Shown: positions 1-9,836 of the stretch, piece by piece
How positions within the stretch are numbered: position 1 is the first letter of the stretch
Layout of the letters: each line of letters begins with the position of its first letter
Source of the DNA: an uncultured Planctomycetota bacterium
GTDB lineage: Bacteria; Planctomycetota; Planctomycetia; Isosphaerales; Isosphaeraceae
DNA length: 64,000 nucleotides
NCBI GenBank assembly: GCA_963845755.1
Contig: CAWJTV010000023.1
Span: 58,434-122,433, forward strand
Reading direction: 5' to 3'
Made by a program: the position numbers and the translations under genes
The notes under the pieces: model-generated
Told to the model about the DNA's origin: nothing
Database searches by the model: none
The model's input: the letters and a program-made list of their open reading frames with translations, nothing else

Positions 1-2578
1 TCCGCGAGGTCCCACAGCTTGATCGTCCAGTCATCCCCGGCCGACGCCAGCCGCGTGCCATCGGGCGAGAACGCCAGCCCCCAGACCTCTGCCTTGTGCC
101 CGGCGAGTGTGCCGGGTGCGCGCCAGTCGTCGAGAATCCAGAGCCTCGCCCGATTATCGTACCCGGTCACGACCAGGGTATTTCCCTGCGGAGCGAATTC
201 GAACGTGGAACCGACCGAGATCTCGCCCGGCGGGAACAGGGGACCGTCCCGCCCCGAGCCGACATCAATCAGACGGAGTGTGGCGTTGTGAAGTGCCTGG
301 GGGTCCGGCACCAAGACGGCCGCGGTACGGCCGTCGCGGGAGAAGCGCGCCCAGCGGTTCGGCCTAGCCTGTCCGATCGGTCTCGCACGCTCACACCCTG
401 TGAGTGTGCAGGCCAGACGGCCGATCTCGTCAACCTGAGCTGGTGTGTACGGGACGTTGAGGTCGGTGCGGGGGAGGACGACGACCTCGGGGCCTTCGGT
501 GCGGCAAGCGGCCTTCCAGTACCCCCCGATCGTCGAGTAGAGCCGTATCTCGCCATCCTCCAGCCAGACCGCCAGGGTCGAGCTGTCCCCGGGCGTCACG
601 GCCAGGACGTCGGAGAATCGAAAAGTCCGGCCCCAAGAGTCGGCCCGTCGTTGGGTCGGAGAGAGGTGGGCGCTGAGTTGATCCGCTCGCAACGATTCCA
701 AGAGCGTCACCCTTTTGCGGTCGTCGGAGAGCCTCCACGAGCGGATCGGGACTTCCCGTGTTGTACCAGTGGCCTCGATGGTGATCAGGTTCCGTCCATC
801 CGGGCTGAACAACAATTGATAGCAGAGGCCGAATTCCTCGGCGATCCCTGCCAGCTCCTCACCGCTGGCGACGTCCCAGATCTTCACATCGGTCTTGCGC
901 CCGTACGGGGGGTGAGGAGCGAACGAGGCCAGGCTGCGGCCGTCCGGCGAGAACACCGGGGAATGGTACCCATGGAAACGGTGCTGACTTTGTAGTGCCC
1001 GATACTTTCCGGTTTCACGATCCACGAGGACGATGTTCCGCGCCCTATCCAATAAGGCGATCGTGCGGCCGTCATTCGAATAGGCCGCCTGGACGATTTT
1101 CTCGGGGAGGGAGGGCAGCCGCATCACCCGAGGTTGACAGAGCCGGTCGAGGTAGTACCAGGCGAACCCGCGAGAGTCGGGTAGACCCGGAGTCGGATCG
1201 AGAGCATCGAGGATCGATGTGGCGGCCTCCTGCTCTCCGCGCTCGTAGAGCGATCCGGCGATTCTCAACTCTTCTGCGGCCCGATGCCTATCGGCCAGGG
1301 CGCGTAGGTGGAGAGCCGCTCTCTCGCTTCGGTGCGTCCGATCGAGCGCCAAGCCTAACTCGTCCTGATGCCGCTTCTCTCGAGCCCGTGCCCAGCCGAG
1401 CCCGCTGAGACCCGCGAGCAGGACCGTCCCGAGCACGGCCGCCAAGGCCGCGTGGACTGGTCGTCGCTTGGCCCACTTGCCGGCACGCTGCCACACCGTG
1501 ACCGGCCGGACACGGACGGGCTTCCCATCGAGAAACCGTTGGAGGTCTTCGATCAGCTCCGAGGCGCCGGCATACCGACGATCGGGCCGTTTCTCGAGAC
1601 ACTTGAGGCAAATCGTCTCGAGGTCGCGCGGCAGGCCGGGCGCAGCGCGCGCGGCGAGGGCGGGTCCTGGAGCGAGACCAGATGAATCGTCTCCAGATCG
1701 GTCTCCCCTCGAAGAGGGGGCCGGCCCGTCAACAGCTCATAGAGAATCACCCCCAGCGCATAGACGTCGGTCGCCGGACCTTGCTCGCGGAGGCGGCCGG
1801 CAGCCTGTTCGGGGGCCATATAGCTCGCCGAGCCGATCGCGACACCGCTGTAAGTCTCCTGGGAAACCTGATTGAGCAGCTTCGCCAGGCCGAAGTCGCA
1901 GATCCGGGGGATGTAGTCGAGAACCCCGCTCCGATCCGGGTCACCCGTTGCGGACGCTCCGTCCTGCTGGAGCAGAATGTTGCCCGGCTTGAGGTCCCGG
2001 TGGAGAATCCCGCGCTGATGAGCATGGGCGACCGCGGCGCCCAGGACCGCCACCAGGCGGGCGGCGTCGCGAAACGGCACGGGGGCCGTCTGCTGTCGGA
2101 GCCAGTCGGCCAGCGTCGGGCCCTCGCAATACGCCGACGCGATATAGAAGACCGGCCCTTCCTCTCCCACCTCGTAGACGGTCACGATGTGCGGGTGGTC
2201 GAGCCGGGAGGCGGCCTCCGCTTCGCGAAGGAAGCGACGTCGCAGGTTCTCGGTGATCAAGACCTCCGGGCGAGGGACTTTGAGCGCGACCTGGCGAACC
2301 AGGACCGAATCGACCGCCAGGAAAACGACTCCGAAACCGCCGCGTCCCAGCTCCCGCAGGATCGTGAATTGCCCCAGTCGGCTCGGAAGGGCGAGCGCGG
2401 GCTCGAGGTTTCGCGGCCAGACGGTCTCCAGTAGTCGCAGGCACTCGCGGGCCCCAAGCCAGGACGACGAGCCGTTGCCTGCAATCGGGTCGTTCCCGAT
2501 AGCCAGCTCTCGATCAAAAGCCAGCAGGGCCTCCAACTGGGAATCCTCGGCCAGTGGCGGATCATACTCGAGGGTCAT
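1..2578 (-). CDS. Ser/Thr protein kinase with C-terminal WD40 repeats (frameshifted; runs off window start)
   Basis: Kinase motifs LGRGGFGVV, VALK, HRDLKPGN, DFG and YMAPEQ in ORF 1553-2677. The minus strand near base 1 reads VWGLAFSPDGTRLASAGDDWTIKLWD (WD40). The frame breaks near 1640 and further downstream. Confidence 0.85.
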
Positions 2579-2815
2579 GGGCGAGTCCTGATTTCTTCCA
2601 TGATGCGGATCAAAGCCCAGGTGCAAAGAATTGCAGAGCCTAGTTGTAGAGTTGAGATCGGTAACAGTCAATGGCAAATCACCAACAACACGTGTCGGAC
2701 CTGAACCGCCGGACGAATCCGCCCGCGAGACGAGTGGAAATCCCCGAACGATTCGCTTATCCTGAGTTCGACATGCATCGCCGTAAATCCAGGGTCACTT
2801 CGGGGTTTTCGCTCC

Positions 2816-4995
2816 ATGCAAGACGTTCTGACAACGGCCATCGAGTTGCATCAGGCAGGCCGGCTGCCCCAGGCCGCCACGCTGTATCAGAAGATCTTGC
2901 GCAAGAGAAAGACAACGCGGTGGCGATGCATCTGCTGGGCGTGCTGCACCATCAGCAGGGCGATCACGCGAAGGCGATCGAGCTGATCGGCCGGGCGGTG
3001 GCGATCCGGCCGAACGTGCCGGCGTTCCATGCGAATCTCGCCGAGGCGTACCGTGCGACCGGGCAGTTGGAGCGGGCGGCCGGCTGCTGCCGTGCGGCGC
3101 TGGGCCTGTGGCCGGACTATCCCGAGGCCCTGTGCAATCTCGGCCTGGCCTTGCAGGGACTGGGGAAGAAGCCCGAGGCCGTGGCCCAGTTCCGGCGCGC
3201 GCTGGAGCTACGGCCGGAGTTCGCCACGGCCCACAACAACCTGGGCATCGTATTGCGCGAGCTCGGTGAGTTCGATGAAGCCCTGGAGCATTTCCGCCGG
3301 GCGGTCGAGCTGGAACCGTCGTTCGCGCCGGCCCGGACCAACCTCGGCCAGATGCTCCTGGACCGCGGCCAGGCGGAGGAGGCGCTGCCGCACTGCGAGG
3401 AAGCGGTCCGGCTCCAGCCCAACATGGCGGCCCTCCACCACAACCTCGGCAACGCCATGAGGGGCCTGGAGCGCTATATCGAGGCCAAGGCCTCGTACCT
3501 GGAGGCCCTGCGGCTGGAGCCCGACCTGGCCCCGGCCCACGCACACCTCGGCCTGACCCTGCTCCGCGAGGGCCAACTCAGTGATGCCTTGCCCTGGCTG
3601 AAGCGGGCGATCGAGCTCGATCCGGTGAATCCGACTTTCGAGGAATTCCTGGCCGAGCTCTACACCGAGCGGGAGGATCCGTCCGAGGCGATCCCACATT
3701 ACGAGCGCGCGCTGGCCCTGGCCGAGGAGGAGCGCCCGGGCCTCCACCTCTCACTGGGGTGGGCGCTCCAGGAGGAAGGCCGGATCGTCGAAGCCCGGGA
3801 GCATTACGAGTCGGCGCTGCGGATCCAGCCGGACTCTGCCGCGGCCCAACTGAACATCGGTGGGCTCAGCGAGGAACAGGGCCTGATGGACAAGGCCGAG
3901 GAGGCCTTCCGCACCGCCTTGCGGTTGCAGCCGAACTTCCCGGTACCGCACGCACGCCTGGCAACCCTGCTCCGCGGCAAGCTGCCCGACACGGACCTCG
4001 CCGCTCTGGAGCAGCGCCTGACCGATCCCCAACTGACCCAGGGCCCGCGCGCCCGGCTCCTGTTCGGCCTCTGCCATGTGCTCGACGCACGCGGAGACTA
4101 TGACCGAGCCGGCGAATGCCTCCGCGAAGCCAACGCCCTGAGCAAGGAGCTGGCCAAGGGCCAGCGCGAGTACGTGCCGGCCGACCACGATCGGTTCGTC
4201 AACGGCTTGTTGCGGACGTTCGACGCGGCGTTCTTCGCCCGGTCCCGCGATTCGGGTCACGACTCCCGTCTCCCGGTGTTCGTCTTCGGGCTCCCTCGAT
4301 CGGGAACGACGCTCATCGAGCAGATCCTGGCCAGCCACTCGCGGTTTCACGGTGCCGGCGAGTTGCGCCTGGCCCGGCAGACCTTCGAGGCCATCCCCAC
4401 CACGCTGGGGTTACCCGGCCCGCCGATGGATTGCGTCCCCCATCTCGACGCGCCGGCACTCCGCCGTCTGGCCGAGCAGCACCTCGAGCGCCTCCGCGCG
4501 CTGGCCGGCAATCGGCCGGAACGCGTTGCCGACAAGATGCCCGACAATTACATGTACCTGGGACTCATGTCGGTCGTATTCCCGCGCACCACGTTCATCC
4601 ACTGCCGCCGCGACCTCCGCGACATCGCCGTCTCCTGCTGGATGACCGACTTCCGCAGCATCCGATGGGCCAACGACCCCGAGCACATCGCCTCGCGATT
4701 CCAGCAGTACCGGCGGATCATGGACCACTGGCAGGCCGTGTTGCCGTTGCCGATCCATCACGTCGATTACGAGGAAACCGTCGCCGACACCGAGGCGGTG
4801 GCGCGCCGGCTGATCGCGGCCTGCGGACTGGAGTGGGAGCCCGGTTGCCTCGAGTTCTACCGCCACGACCGTCCGATCCGCACCGCCAGCGTCACCCAGG
4901 TCCGACAGCCCGTCTACAAGCGGTCCGTCGCCCGCTGGAAGAACTACGAGCCGAGCCTGGGCGAGCTGTTCGCGATGCTGCCGGTCAGGGAATGA
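2816..4995 (+). CDS. TPR-repeat protein with C-terminal sulfotransferase domain
   Basis: Many TPR repeats, then the PAPS-binding motif GLPRSGTTL, DKMP and TASVTQVRQP. Probable start MQDVLTTAIELHQAGRL at 2816 with a frameshift near 2900. Confidence 0.88.
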
Positions 4996-5064
4996 ACGTC
5001 GATCGAGGTGGGCCACCGGTGCTCGTTCGAGATGCGGACGAGCGGCGTATTGACTCCGAGAGTC

Positions 5065-5523
5065 TCACGTGATCGTCGTCCAGGGACGAGCGTCGATTCC
5101 AGGGAAGCGGCCCAGGTGACGAACGTTCCCAGTGGCGACGATGACGACATCCCCAGGACTCGCTGCGGTCAGGGCCTGGCCGGCGAGGATCGCATCGGCG
5201 TCTAGTGAGTGGGGGTGGGCCGTCGGTGTTCCGGCATTGCGGACATGCGCCCAGACCTCGGCGGCTCGGAGCAAGGAGGCCCGGTCCAGTGGTAACAGCC
5301 CGAACCGAATAAGGAGAGCGTCCAGCCGGCGCAGGCCTGCCGTGGCACCAGTCCGAACCAGTTCCCGCCGAACTTCGTAATCGACGATCTCTGGGATCAG
5401 AATTCGAGTCCCTGCCAGCTCGAGCGTGGTCAACCAGGTGCGGCAAACATCGACCCCGGCCTTGCCCGCCGCCTTGCTTGCCAGTCCGAGGGGCTCGCTG
5501 TCGAGGAAGACGAGTTTGGCCAC
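5065..5523 (-). CDS. PIN-domain (VapC-like) ribonuclease
   Basis: VFLDS...PEIVDYEVRREL...LDADAIL...VATGNVRH pattern of PIN acidic residues; 152 aa. Confidence 0.8.
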   Translation of the reverse strand: MAKLVFLDSEPLGLASKAAGKAGVDVCRTWLTTLELAGTRILIPEIVDYEVRRELVRTGATAGLRRLDALLIRFGLLPLDRASLLRAAEVWAHVRNAGTPTAHPHSLDADAILAGQALTAASPGDVVIVATGNVRHLGRFPGIDARPWTTIT

Positions 5524-5892
5524 TCAGGAATCCCTTTGCAGTCCTCGGAAGACCTCGTCCCAAACCTCGTCGGTGTCCGTCTCGTCCGTAATTTTGGCGA
5601 TAGCGGCCAGCGCCCGGATCGCGGCATCCCGGCGTGCCTGATGCTCCTCATCGCTCATTAAGATCCGACCGTTTGCATCGGTACAAACCGGCCCAAATGC
5701 AGGGATGGGGCCCTGTTCGTCCGAGAGTCCATCCCAGAGCGACCAGTTCACTCGCTCACGGTCTTCCCCGGTAACATCGAGGCGATTGACATCGATCCCG
5801 TATCGCTCGATCACCCCCCGCTCCGCTCCCGCCTTGGCACTTTGGTCGTTGTGCTCCGTTTCGGATACATGTACCGGGTTGTCCACGTTCAT
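5524..5892 (-). CDS. hypothetical protein, probable antitoxin partner of the PIN toxin
   Basis: Abuts the PIN gene, has a GGAG RBS before the ATG at 5892 and an acidic C-terminus (DETDTDEVWDEVF). Confidence 0.55.
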   Translation of the reverse strand: MNVDNPVHVSETEHNDQSAKAGAERGVIERYGIDVNRLDVTGEDRERVNWSLWDGLSDEQGPIPAFGPVCTDANGRILMSDEEHQARRDAAIRALAAIAKITDETDTDEVWDEVFRGLQRDS

Positions 5893-5985
5893 GTCGCTCC
5901 TCCGCTTACTCTTGTCAACTGGCCGGGTGCATCCGATAAGAATTCGATCCGCACAACAACAGAAACGCAACTTTGTCCAGGCGAC

Positions 5986-6360
5986 CTACTCGGTTCTCCC
6001 GAGTCGAGTCTGGATGTCCTCGATGAGCCGGCCAATGTCGTCGTCGCCGAGTTGCAGATTGTCGATCGTGCGGAGCAGGGCAGGGACAGTCTTACGGTCG
6101 GCCATGTGGCGAATGTCGGCGGGCAGATCGCCGCGGCGGCGTGCCGAATCGAGCAAGTGGCGCCATTCCTGCGAGTCTTCGGCCAGGCCCAGTGACTCGG
6201 CAATCTCATGAAGCTTTCCCAGGTCGCAAGGGGGATGACGCCGACCGTTCTCGATGTCGCTCAGGTTGGATGGCTTGATATCGACCAACTTGGCGAAGTG
6301 GCGCAGGCCCAGATTGGCCTTCAGTCTCAGATCTCTCAGCAAGGACCCGAATTCATCCAT
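5986..6360 (-). CDS. XRE-family HTH transcriptional regulator
   Basis: FGSLLRDLR...LRHFAKLVDIKPSNLSDIENGRR HTH signature. Confidence 0.85.
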   Translation of the reverse strand: MDEFGSLLRDLRLKANLGLRHFAKLVDIKPSNLSDIENGRRHPPCDLGKLHEIAESLGLAEDSQEWRHLLDSARRRGDLPADIRHMADRKTVPALLRTIDNLQLGDDDIGRLIEDIQTRLGRTE

Positions 6361-6391
6361 CTTGCGACGGCTCCGCTCAACACGTTCACGC

Positions 6392-6411
6392 TGTTATCAA
6401 GACTGATAACA
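6392..6411. promoter_or_regulatory. perfect 8-4-8 palindrome, candidate operator
   Basis: TGTTATCA-AGAC-TGATAACA, about 30 bp upstream of the XRE start, in the XRE/dps divergent region. Confidence 0.55.
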
Positions 6412-6660
6412 TGCTAACCGGGTCGGTCCTCGAAGGCAACCCGAGATGAGCCACGGGCTTGCCGGTGGTGCGGACGGGTTCGTCCGAATACGCGATCGAC
6501 GTCTGCGGTTCTGCGTCTGCGCCAACGATGCCACCGAGCGTTGCCATGACGACACGACCCGACACCCTTTGCTATCATCGGGCATCCTGAACCCGAGTAG
6601 CCGGTGATCCCCCGGGGACGCATGCTCGGGAGCATGTCCTTGACGAAAGGAGCTCTCACA

Positions 6661-7152
6661 ATGGCGAGCGCACAGACATTTGCCAGCCAGATCGACCTAC
6701 CCGCCGCGGTGCGGGAGAAGATGATCGCCCTGCTCAATCAGCAACTGGCCGACACGTTCGACTTATTCAGCCAGATCAAGCAGGCGCACTGGAACGTCAA
6801 GGGGCCGCAGTTCATCGCGCTGCACGAGCTGTTCGACAAGCTGGCCGAGGATGTGGAGGAAGCCGTGGACACGATCGCCGAGCGCGCGACGGCCCTGGGC
6901 GGCACGGCACTCGGCACGGCACGCATGGCGGCGCAATCATCGCGGCTGCCGGAGTATCCGTCCGACGCCTTCCCCGGCCCCAAGGCGATCACCGCACTGG
7001 CCGAACGGTTTGCCGCCTTGGCGAAGTCCACGCGGGAGGGAATCGACACGGCCGCCGGAGCCGGCGATGCCGACACTGCGGATGTGTTCACCGAAGTCTC
7101 GCGCAGCCTCGACAAGAACCTCTGGTTCCTCGAAGCCCACCTCCAGGCATGA
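6661..7152 (+). CDS. dps: DNA starvation/stationary phase protection protein Dps
   Basis: KQAHWNVKGPQFIALHELFD...DTIAER...DKNLWFLEAH; AGGAG RBS. Confidence 0.95.
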   Translation: MASAQTFASQIDLPAAVREKMIALLNQQLADTFDLFSQIKQAHWNVKGPQFIALHELFDKLAEDVEEAVDTIAERATALGGTALGTARMAAQSSRLPEYPSDAFPGPKAITALAERFAALAKSTREGIDTAAGAGDADTADVFTEVSRSLDKNLWFLEAHLQA

Positions 7153-7256
7153 CGGGGAACCGCCGGATTCACGCAATCTTCATCGGCCATGAGCGAATCT
7201 CCCTCCACAAAGACAGAGCGAGAATGACGAACCTCCTTGCCGATGGAGGAATTGCG

Positions 7257-8294
7257 ATGAACTGGCTACTGCACAACGTGATTGCCGACCTGTACGGGCC
7301 GTACTTCCTGGTGTTCTACGCCATGGCGATCGTGGCATTGGTTGTGGCCTGTTACAGGTCGGTCCGAAGCCTAGACCGCACGAACGACCTGGAACCGCCG
7401 GAGATCCCCGCCAAACTCGACCCTTACGAGATCGCCTACCTGCGCGGCGGGGAAAATGAAGTGACGCGCGTCGCCATCGCGTCCTTGATCCAGCGCGGAT
7501 TGCTGCAAATCACCGAGAAGAAGCATCGGCTGTCAACCACCAAGGAGATCGATAAAGGCCGCAAGCCGGCACCCGGAGAGCTGTGGCGGATCGAAGCCTC
7601 CGTGCTGAAATGGTCGGGATTCCCGGCCGCTCCCCCGCAGATCTTCCAGGCTGGTGGTATACCCGCCCTGGTCAAGGAGGAGTGCGTCCTCTATGAGGAT
7701 GACCTTGCCGAGGATGACATGTTTGCCCCGCCGGAGATGAAGGAGCTTGGTGCCCGACTCTGTGGGATCGGTGCCACACTGATCCTCGGGCTCGGCGGGT
7801 ACAAGTTGGCTGTCGCCCTCGCCAGAGGCCACTATAACCTGATGTTCCTGATCCTCCTCGCGATCGTCGGAGTCATCGCGCTGGCCGTCGCTTGCCTGGC
7901 CCTTCCGCGTCTCAGCCACCGGGGCAAGGCGTATCTCGAACGGCTGAAACTCGCCTATGACGGACTGAAGAGCCAGGTTCATCCGGTCGGCAGCCAGAAC
8001 TCCTCCCTGACCTGGGCCGCCGATCCGGGGGCCCGAGGAAGGCTGCAAAACGCCCCGGCGTATTCCGACTGCCTGCTGATGGTCGGGATCTTCGGGATGG
8101 CCTCACTGGCGGACACACCGCTGTCCGACCTGACTGCAATGTTCAAGCGAGGCACGTCGAACACAGGGGGATGTAGCGGAGGTTGTGGCGGCGGGGGCGG
8201 AGGTTGTGGCGGCGGGGGCGGCGGTTGTGGCGGCGGAGGCGGAGGTTGTGGCGGCGGAGGTTGTGGCGGCGGCTGCGGTGGCTGCGGAGGCTGA
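7257..8294 (+). CDS. TIGR04222-type membrane protein with Gly/Cys-rich C-terminal tail
   Basis: GPYFLVFY, LDPYEIAYLRGG, TM helices and a terminal GGC(G)n tail with 8 Cys; GGAGG RBS before the ATG at 7257. Confidence 0.85.
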   Translation: MNWLLHNVIADLYGPYFLVFYAMAIVALVVACYRSVRSLDRTNDLEPPEIPAKLDPYEIAYLRGGENEVTRVAIASLIQRGLLQITEKKHRLSTTKEIDKGRKPAPGELWRIEASVLKWSGFPAAPPQIFQAGGIPALVKEECVLYEDDLAEDDMFAPPEMKELGARLCGIGATLILGLGGYKLAVALARGHYNLMFLILLAIVGVIALAVACLALPRLSHRGKAYLERLKLAYDGLKSQVHPVGSQNSSLTWAADPGARGRLQNAPAYSDCLLMVGIFGMASLADTPLSDLTAMFKRGTSNTGGCSGGCGGGGGGCGGGGGGCGGGGGGCGGGGCGGGCGGCGG

Positions 8295-8298
8295 GCCC

Positions 8299-9132
8299 AT
8301 GAACCGCGACCGACTGGTGCTTGGGGTTGGGATCGGGTTCCGTGAGCCGTTCCTCGCCGAGCTGTTTCGCCACCGTGACCGCGTCGATTTCCTGGAGATC
8401 ACGGCCGACCATTACTTCGATGCTCCGTCGGAGAAGCGGGCTGAGCTGGATCTGCTCGCCGGGCACTTCCCGATCATCCCGCATGGCCTGGACCTCTCAT
8501 TGGGGAGCGCCGAGGGGATCGACGACGACTATCTGTCGTCGATGGCCGACATCGTCGCGCGACTGGATCCGCCCTGGTGGAGCGAGCACATCGCCTTCAC
8601 CCGCGCCGGGGGCATACCGATCGGACACCTCGCCCCCCTGCCTTGGACTCGCGAGGCCGTCAACGTCGTCGTCCGCAATATCGAGCAAGTGCGTCGGCGA
8701 ATCCAGACCCCGCTAATCCTCGAGAACATCACGACAACGATGATCGTGCCGGGGAGCGAGATGGATGAGGTCGAGTTCCTCACGACGGTTCTGGACCAGA
8801 CGGGATGTGGATTGCTCTGCGACGTGACAAACCTCTACACCAACGCGGTCAACCATGGGCAGGATCTCGACGACCTTCTTGCGCGGTGGCCGTGGGATCG
8901 GGTGATGCAGCTCCACTTCGCGGGGGGCAACTGGCACGATGGGACGCTGATCGACAGTCACGCCCACCCGACGCCTCCGGAGGTCTGGGCGGTACTGGAG
9001 GCCGCCGTGATGCGGGCGCCGGTCCGCGGGATCATCCTGGAACGCGACGAGAACCTGCCGCCATTCGCCGAGCTGCTGGCCGAGCTCGAGCAGGCGCGAG
9101 TGATCGGGAGACGACACGGGCGATGGGCCTAG
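8299..9132 (+). CDS. DUF692 family multinuclear non-heme iron oxidative enzyme (MNIO)
   Basis: GIGFR, DFLEITADHY, HGLDLSLG, WSEHIAF, LILENI, DVTNLY, QLHFAGG, IDSHAH, ILERD. Confidence 0.93.
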   Translation: MNRDRLVLGVGIGFREPFLAELFRHRDRVDFLEITADHYFDAPSEKRAELDLLAGHFPIIPHGLDLSLGSAEGIDDDYLSSMADIVARLDPPWWSEHIAFTRAGGIPIGHLAPLPWTREAVNVVVRNIEQVRRRIQTPLILENITTTMIVPGSEMDEVEFLTTVLDQTGCGLLCDVTNLYTNAVNHGQDLDDLLARWPWDRVMQLHFAGGNWHDGTLIDSHAHPTPPEVWAVLEAAVMRAPVRGIILERDENLPPFAELLAELEQARVIGRRHGRWA

Positions 9133-9752
9133 CCGAGGTTCAGGGGGTTCTGGCACGACTCTCCATCGACCCGGTGCTGAGAGATCGGTTCTTCGACGAC
9201 CCGACGGCCGTCGGCGTCCCCCTGGGGCTCGATGTCGGAGAGGCGCTGAGCCTGGCCCGGATTCCCCGCGTACAGGTCGAGCAGTTCGCCCAATCGCTCC
9301 GGCGCAAGCGGCGGGACCAGGTGCGCCGCGCCGTCCCGATTACCGCGCGAGCTTTGGGCCGAGAGTACGCCGTGCTTTTCGAGCGTTATGCCGATGAGTC
9401 GCCGCCGCGCGGTTCGACGGCCAGCCTCGACGACGCGGCCGGTTTCGTCGCCGCGATCGGTCGATGGGCCGAGCGAGTCGACCCGCCGTGGGCCGCTGAC
9501 CTGGCCCGCTACGAGCTGGCCTGGCGACAGGCCGCGCGGGCCGGCCGTGTCCCGATCGTGAGGATGTTCCGATTTGCCGTTGCGAGCCTGGCGACAGGCC
9601 GGGAGCCGGAGCCCGTCGCGCGCCGGGCAACCCTCGCACTGTGGTGGAGGGCGACCCGGCGCGGTCACATCCGGCACATCGCCATCAGCATGCCACGGCT
9701 AGGAGTCTCGCTCAGTAAGAAACGGTCCGAGAAGCGGATCCGGGGTTTGTAG
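9123..9752 (+). CDS. probable DUF692 partner protein (DUF2063-like)
   Basis: Overlaps the DUF692 stop; motifs SLRRKR..VRRAVP, LFERYA, DAAGF and DLARYELA are typical of MNIO partner proteins. Confidence 0.7.
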   Translation: MGLAEVQGVLARLSIDPVLRDRFFDDPTAVGVPLGLDVGEALSLARIPRVQVEQFAQSLRRKRRDQVRRAVPITARALGREYAVLFERYADESPPRGSTASLDDAAGFVAAIGRWAERVDPPWAADLARYELAWRQAARAGRVPIVRMFRFAVASLATGREPEPVARRATLALWWRATRRGHIRHIAISMPRLGVSLSKKRSEKRIRGL

Positions 9753-9810
9753 GGTGGGTGAAACCCACCAGAATCGGGACACTTCCTGGTGGGTTTCACC
9801 CACCCTACAA
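9747..9810. repeat. GTAG-family REP doublet (REPIN-like), 25-bp perfect inverted repeat
   Basis: TTGTAGGGTGGGTGAAACCCACCAG, 14-nt spacer, then its exact reverse complement; lies between convergent genes. Confidence 0.8.
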
Positions 9811-9836
9811 GATTCTCGGATAGTTTCTAAGAGAAG

